UHGV virus genome: UHGV-0114730
DNA from: a virus
DNA: 31,702 nt
Reading direction: 5' to 3' (one strand)
The stretch's first letter is position 1. Each line of letters starts with the position of its first letter. Of the stretch, positions 27,556 to 31,702 are shown one piece after another. The notes beneath the pieces were generated by a model. It made no database searches. It was not told where the DNA came from and saw nothing but the letters and a program-made list of their open reading frames with translations. The translations under genes and the position numbers were made by a program.

Positions 27556-29995
27556 CAATGTAAAATTACAGGTATTGCTCAGGGCTGTTGACCAGGCATC
27601 CCGCCCGTTTAAATCCATCCGCACAGCGAGTAAGTCGCTGTCGGGGGATATCCGGGAAACACAAAAATCACTGCGCGAGCTGAACGGTCACGCATCCCGT
27701 ATTGAGGGATTTCGCAAGACCAGCGCACAGCTTGCCGTGACTGGTCATGCACTTGAAAAGGCACGGCAGGAAGCCGAAGCCCTTGCCACACAGTTTAAAA
27801 ACACTGAACGTCCGACCCGTGCTCAGGCGAAAGTGCTGGAATCCGCAAAGCGTGCGGCGGAGGACTTACAGGCGAAATATAACCGCCTGACAGATTCCAT
27901 TAAACGCCAGCAGCGGGAACTGGCCGCTGTGGGAATTAATACCCGCAATCTTGCACATGATGAGCAGGGACTGAAAAACCGTATCAGTGAAACCACCGCA
28001 CAGCTTAACCGTCAGCGTGACGCGCTGGCGCGTGTCAGTGCACAACAGGCAAAACTTAACGCAGTAAAACAGCGTTATCAGGCCGGAAAGGAACTGGCCG
28101 GAAATATGGCCTCAGTGGGCGCTGCCGGTGTGGGGATTGCTGCTGCGGGAACGATGGCCGGAGTTAAGTTGCTGATGCCCGGTTATGAGTTTGCGCAGAA
28201 AAACTCAGAATTGCAGGCCGTGCTCGGTGTGGCAAAAGACTCCGCCGAAATGGCTGCACTACGCAAGCAGGCGCGCCAGCTCGGCGACAATACCGCAGCC
28301 TCGGCAGATGATGCAGCCGGTGCGCAGATTATTATTGCGAAAGCCGGTGGGGATGTTGATGCCATTCAGGCGGCAACGCCGGTCACGCTGAATATGGCGC
28401 TGGCGAACCGTCGCACGATGGAAGAAAACGCCGCCCTGCTGATGGGGATGAAATCCGCCTTTCAGCTTTCAAACGATAAGGTCGCTCATATCGGGGATGT
28501 TCTCTCCATGACGATGAACAAAACCGCCGCCGATTTTGACGGTATGAGCGATGCGCTGACCTATGCCGCACCAGTGGCAAAAAATGCCGGTGTCAGCATT
28601 GAAGAAACCGCCGCAATGGTCGGGGCGCTGCATGACGCAAAAATTACTGGTTCAATGGCGGGGACGGGAAGCCGTGCCGTGTTAAGCCGCCTGCAGGCAC
28701 CGACGGGAAAAGCATGGGATGCACTCAAAGAGCTTGGTGTGAAAACCTCAGACAGCAAGGGAAACACCCGACCAGTATTTACCATTCTGAAAGAAATGCA
28801 GGCCAGTTTTGAGAAAAACCGGCTCGGTACTGCCCAGCAGGCTGAATACATGAAAACTATTTTCGGGGAGGAGGCCAGCTCAGCCGCCGCCGTGCTGATG
28901 ACTGCCGCCTCAACTGGAAAGCTGGACAAACTGACCGCTGCGTTTAAAGCCTCAGACGGGAAGACCGCTGAGCTGGTAAATATCATGCAGGACAACCTCG
29001 GCGGTGACTTTAAGGAGTTTCAGTCCGCTTATGAGGCGGTGGGGACTGACCTGTTTGACCAGCAGGAAGGCGCACTGCGTAAGCTCACGCAGACGGCCAC
29101 AAAGTATGTGTTAAAACTCGACGGCTGGATACAGAAAAACAAATCACTGGCGTCAACCATCGGCATCATTGTCGGTGGTGCACTGGCGCTGATTGGTGTC
29201 ATCGGTGCCATTGGCCTCGTAGCCTGGCCGGTTATCACCGGCATCAATGCCATTATCGCGGCAGCAGGCGCAATGGGGGCAATCTTCACGACGGTTGGTA
29301 GTGCCGTTATGACGGCCATCAGTGCGATTAGCTGGCCGGTTGTGGCCGTGGTGGCTGCCATTGTCGCCGGGGCGTTGCTTATCCGTAAATACTGGGAGCC
29401 TGTCAGCGCATTCTTTGGCGGTGTGGTTGAAGGGCTGAAAGCGGCATTTGCGCCGGTGGGGGAACTGTTCACGCCACTTAAGCCGCTGTTTAACTGGCTG
29501 GGTGAAAAGTTACAGGCCGCGTGGCAGTGGTTTAAAAACCTGATTGCCCCGGTCAAAGCCACCCAGGACACCCTGAACCGTTGCCGTGACACGGGCGTCA
29601 TGTTCGGGCAGGCACTGGCTGACGCGCTGATGCTGCCGCTTAATGCGTTCAACAAACTGCGCAGCGGTATTGACTGGGTACTGGAAAAACTCGGTGTTAT
29701 CAACAAAGAGTCAGACACACTTGACCAGACCGCCGCCAGAACTCATGCCGCCACGTATGGCACCGGTGGTTATATTCCGGCGACCAGCTCTTATGCAGGT
29801 TATCAGGCTTATCAGCCGGTTACGGCACCGGCTGGCCGCTCTTATGTGGACCAGAGTAAAAACGAATATCACATCAGCCTGACGGGTGGTACTGCGCCGG
29901 GGACACAGCTTGACCGCCAGTTACAGGATGCGCTCGAAAAATACGAGCGGGATAAACGTGCGCGCGCCCGTGCCAGCATGATGCATGACGGTTAA
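27548..29995 (+). CDS. T: tail tape measure protein
   Basis: 815 aa, helical N-half, Gly/Ala-rich hydrophobic region; size as P2 T. Confidence 0.92.
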   Translation: MSNNVKLQVLLRAVDQASRPFKSIRTASKSLSGDIRETQKSLRELNGHASRIEGFRKTSAQLAVTGHALEKARQEAEALATQFKNTERPTRAQAKVLESAKRAAEDLQAKYNRLTDSIKRQQRELAAVGINTRNLAHDEQGLKNRISETTAQLNRQRDALARVSAQQAKLNAVKQRYQAGKELAGNMASVGAAGVGIAAAGTMAGVKLLMPGYEFAQKNSELQAVLGVAKDSAEMAALRKQARQLGDNTAASADDAAGAQIIIAKAGGDVDAIQAATPVTLNMALANRRTMEENAALLMGMKSAFQLSNDKVAHIGDVLSMTMNKTAADFDGMSDALTYAAPVAKNAGVSIEETAAMVGALHDAKITGSMAGTGSRAVLSRLQAPTGKAWDALKELGVKTSDSKGNTRPVFTILKEMQASFEKNRLGTAQQAEYMKTIFGEEASSAAAVLMTAASTGKLDKLTAAFKASDGKTAELVNIMQDNLGGDFKEFQSAYEAVGTDLFDQQEGALRKLTQTATKYVLKLDGWIQKNKSLASTIGIIVGGALALIGVIGAIGLVAWPVITGINAIIAAAGAMGAIFTTVGSAVMTAISAISWPVVAVVAAIVAGALLIRKYWEPVSAFFGGVVEGLKAAFAPVGELFTPLKPLFNWLGEKLQAAWQWFKNLIAPVKATQDTLNRCRDTGVMFGQALADALMLPLNAFNKLRSGIDWVLEKLGVINKESDTLDQTAARTHAATYGTGGYIPATSSYAGYQAYQPVTAPAGRSYVDQSKNEYHISLTGGTAPGTQLDRQLQDALEKYERDKRARARASMMHDG

Positions 29996-30009
29996 GGAGG
30001 TGACGAAAA

Positions 30010-30489
30010 ATGATGCTCGCGTTAGGTATGTTTGTTTTTATGCGCCAGACGCTGCCACACCAGACCATGCAGCGTGAATCAGATTATCGCTGGCCGTCAA
30101 ATTCCCGTATCGGTAAACGGGATGCCTTTCAGTTTCTCGGTGTGGGTGAGGAAAACATTACGCTTGCCGGCGTGCTTTATCCCGAACTGACCGGCGGGAA
30201 GCTGACGATGACCACGCTCAGGCTGATGGCAGAGGAAGGCCGGGCGTGGCCGTTGCTGGATGGCACCGGCATGATTTACGGCATGTATGTCATCAGCAGG
30301 GTGAGTGAAACAGGGAGTATTTTCTTTGCAGACGGCACACCCCGGAAAATTGATTTTACGCTGTCACTCACCCGCGTTGATGAATCACTGGCCGCGCTTT
30401 ATGGCGATATCGGTAAACAGGCGGAGTCGCTCATCGGTAAGGCCGGCAGTCTGGCGACCAGATTCACAGGTATGATGGGGGCGGGATAA
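30010..30489 (+). CDS. U: tail protein U
   Basis: 159 aa, size and order as P2 U. Confidence 0.9.
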   Translation: MMLALGMFVFMRQTLPHQTMQRESDYRWPSNSRIGKRDAFQFLGVGEENITLAGVLYPELTGGKLTMTTLRLMAEEGRAWPLLDGTGMIYGMYVISRVSETGSIFFADGTPRKIDFTLSLTRVDESLAALYGDIGKQAESLIGKAGSLATRFTGMMGAG

Positions 30490-31652
30490 TGCTGGATGCG
30501 CTGACATTTGATGCAGGCAGTACGCTGACGCCGGATTACATGCTGATGCTCGACAGCAGGGATATTACCGGCAATATCAGCGACCGTCTGATGAGCATGA
30601 CTCTGACGGATAACCGGGGCTTTGAAGCTGACCAGCTTGATATTGAACTGAACGATGCCGACGGGCAGGTCGGGCTGCCGGTTCGTGGCGCTGTCCTGAC
30701 GGTGTATATCGGCTGGAAAGGTTTTGCCCTGGTATGCAAAGGGAAATTCACCGTTGATGAGGTTGAACACCGGGGCGCGCCGGATGTGGTCACCATCCGC
30801 GCCCGGAGTGCAGATTTCCGCGGGACGCTCAATTCCCGCCGGGAAGGCTCCTGGCATGACACCACGCTCGGTGCGATTGTTGAGGCGATAGCCTCCCGTA
30901 ACAGGCTGGAAGCCAGTGTCGCTCCGTCACTGGCCGGAATTAAAATCCCGCACATCGACCAGTCGCAGGAGTCTGATGCGAAATTCCTGACCCGTCTTGC
31001 AGAACGCAACGGCGGTGAGGTGTCGGTAAAAATGGGAAAACTGTTGTTTCTCAAAGCGGGGCAGGGGGTGACGGCCAGCGGTAAAAAAATCCCGCAGGTC
31101 ACCATCACCCGCAGCGACGGCGACCGCCATCATTTTGCGATTGCTGACCGTGGAGCCTATACCGGCGTAACGGCAAAGTGGTTACACACCAAAGACCCGA
31201 AGCCGCAAAAGCAGAAGGTAAAACTGAAACGCAAAAAGAAAGAAAAACACCTGCGCGCACTGGAGCACCCGAAAGCAAAACCGGTCAGGCAGAAGAAAGC
31301 GCCAAAAGTACCGGAAGCGCGCGAAGGTGAATACATGGCCGGTGAGGCTGACAACGTTTTTGCCCTGACCACGGTATATGCCACAAAAGCGCAGGCCATG
31401 CGCGCCGCTCAGGCAAAGTGGGATAAGCTGCAACGGGGCGTTGCGGAGTTCTCCATCAGTCTGGCTACTGGTCGGGCAGATATTTACACGGAAACGCCGG
31501 TCAAAGTGTCAGGCTTTAAGCGCGTCATAGACGAGCAGGACTGGACAATCACTAAGGTGACACATTTTCTGAATAATAGCGGTTTCACGACGTCCTTAGA
31601 GCTTGAGGTCAGGCTTTCTGATGTGGAGTACGAAACAGAAGATGATGAGTGA
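30489..31652 (+). CDS. D: tail protein D
   Basis: 387 aa, start overlaps U stop; last late gene before expected ogr. Confidence 0.9.
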   Translation: MLDALTFDAGSTLTPDYMLMLDSRDITGNISDRLMSMTLTDNRGFEADQLDIELNDADGQVGLPVRGAVLTVYIGWKGFALVCKGKFTVDEVEHRGAPDVVTIRARSADFRGTLNSRREGSWHDTTLGAIVEAIASRNRLEASVAPSLAGIKIPHIDQSQESDAKFLTRLAERNGGEVSVKMGKLLFLKAGQGVTASGKKIPQVTITRSDGDRHHFAIADRGAYTGVTAKWLHTKDPKPQKQKVKLKRKKKEKHLRALEHPKAKPVRQKKAPKVPEAREGEYMAGEADNVFALTTVYATKAQAMRAAQAKWDKLQRGVAEFSISLATGRADIYTETPVKVSGFKRVIDEQDWTITKVTHFLNNSGFTTSLELEVRLSDVEYETEDDE

Positions 31653-31702
31653 TGTTTTTATTTTATCTGTTTGTTTTGTAAGGATAAATTAACTAAAATG
31701 GC

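Noticed and set aside
28183-29882. Antisense ORFs within tape-measure gene T (e.g. 28561..28995, 29029..29718)
   Set aside because: Shadow ORFs in a GC-rich gene; T is full length on the opposite strand.
31698-31702. Possible start of ogr (ATGGC) at the window edge
   Set aside because: Only 5 nt are in the window, so it cannot be supported.

Overview
The window is almost entirely one P2-family (Peduovirus-like) prophage of an enterobacterial host, in prophage order: int, C, cox, B, orf80-83, A, an accessory gene, cos, Q, P, then the rightward late operons O through G, a second accessory gene, and FI, FII, E/E', T, U, D. Gene order, protein lengths and the 19-nt cos sequence match phage P2 as I recall it; no database search was run. 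The left edge (int stop at 50) sits near attL and the right edge cuts off after D, before ogr. Two AT-rich cargo genes interrupt the conserved backbone at the two positions where P2 carries its own accessory genes (tin/old between A and cos; Z/fun between G and FI). Cargo 1 (6148..8355, minus, 735 aa) is an ABC-type ATPase with a CxxC zinc-hook-like motif and a C-terminal Arg/Glu/His pattern resembling RloC/PrrC anticodon nucleases. Cargo 2 (23552..25006, plus, 484 aa) is a P-loop NTPase I cannot assign to a named family. These two are the prime candidates for anti-phage defence functions, cargo 2 being the better candidate for something undescribed. Other points of note are a 5-copy 132-bp in-frame tandem repeat in tail-fibre gene H, the E/E' -1 frameshift site, the intact cos site, and candidate C-repressor operator repeats.
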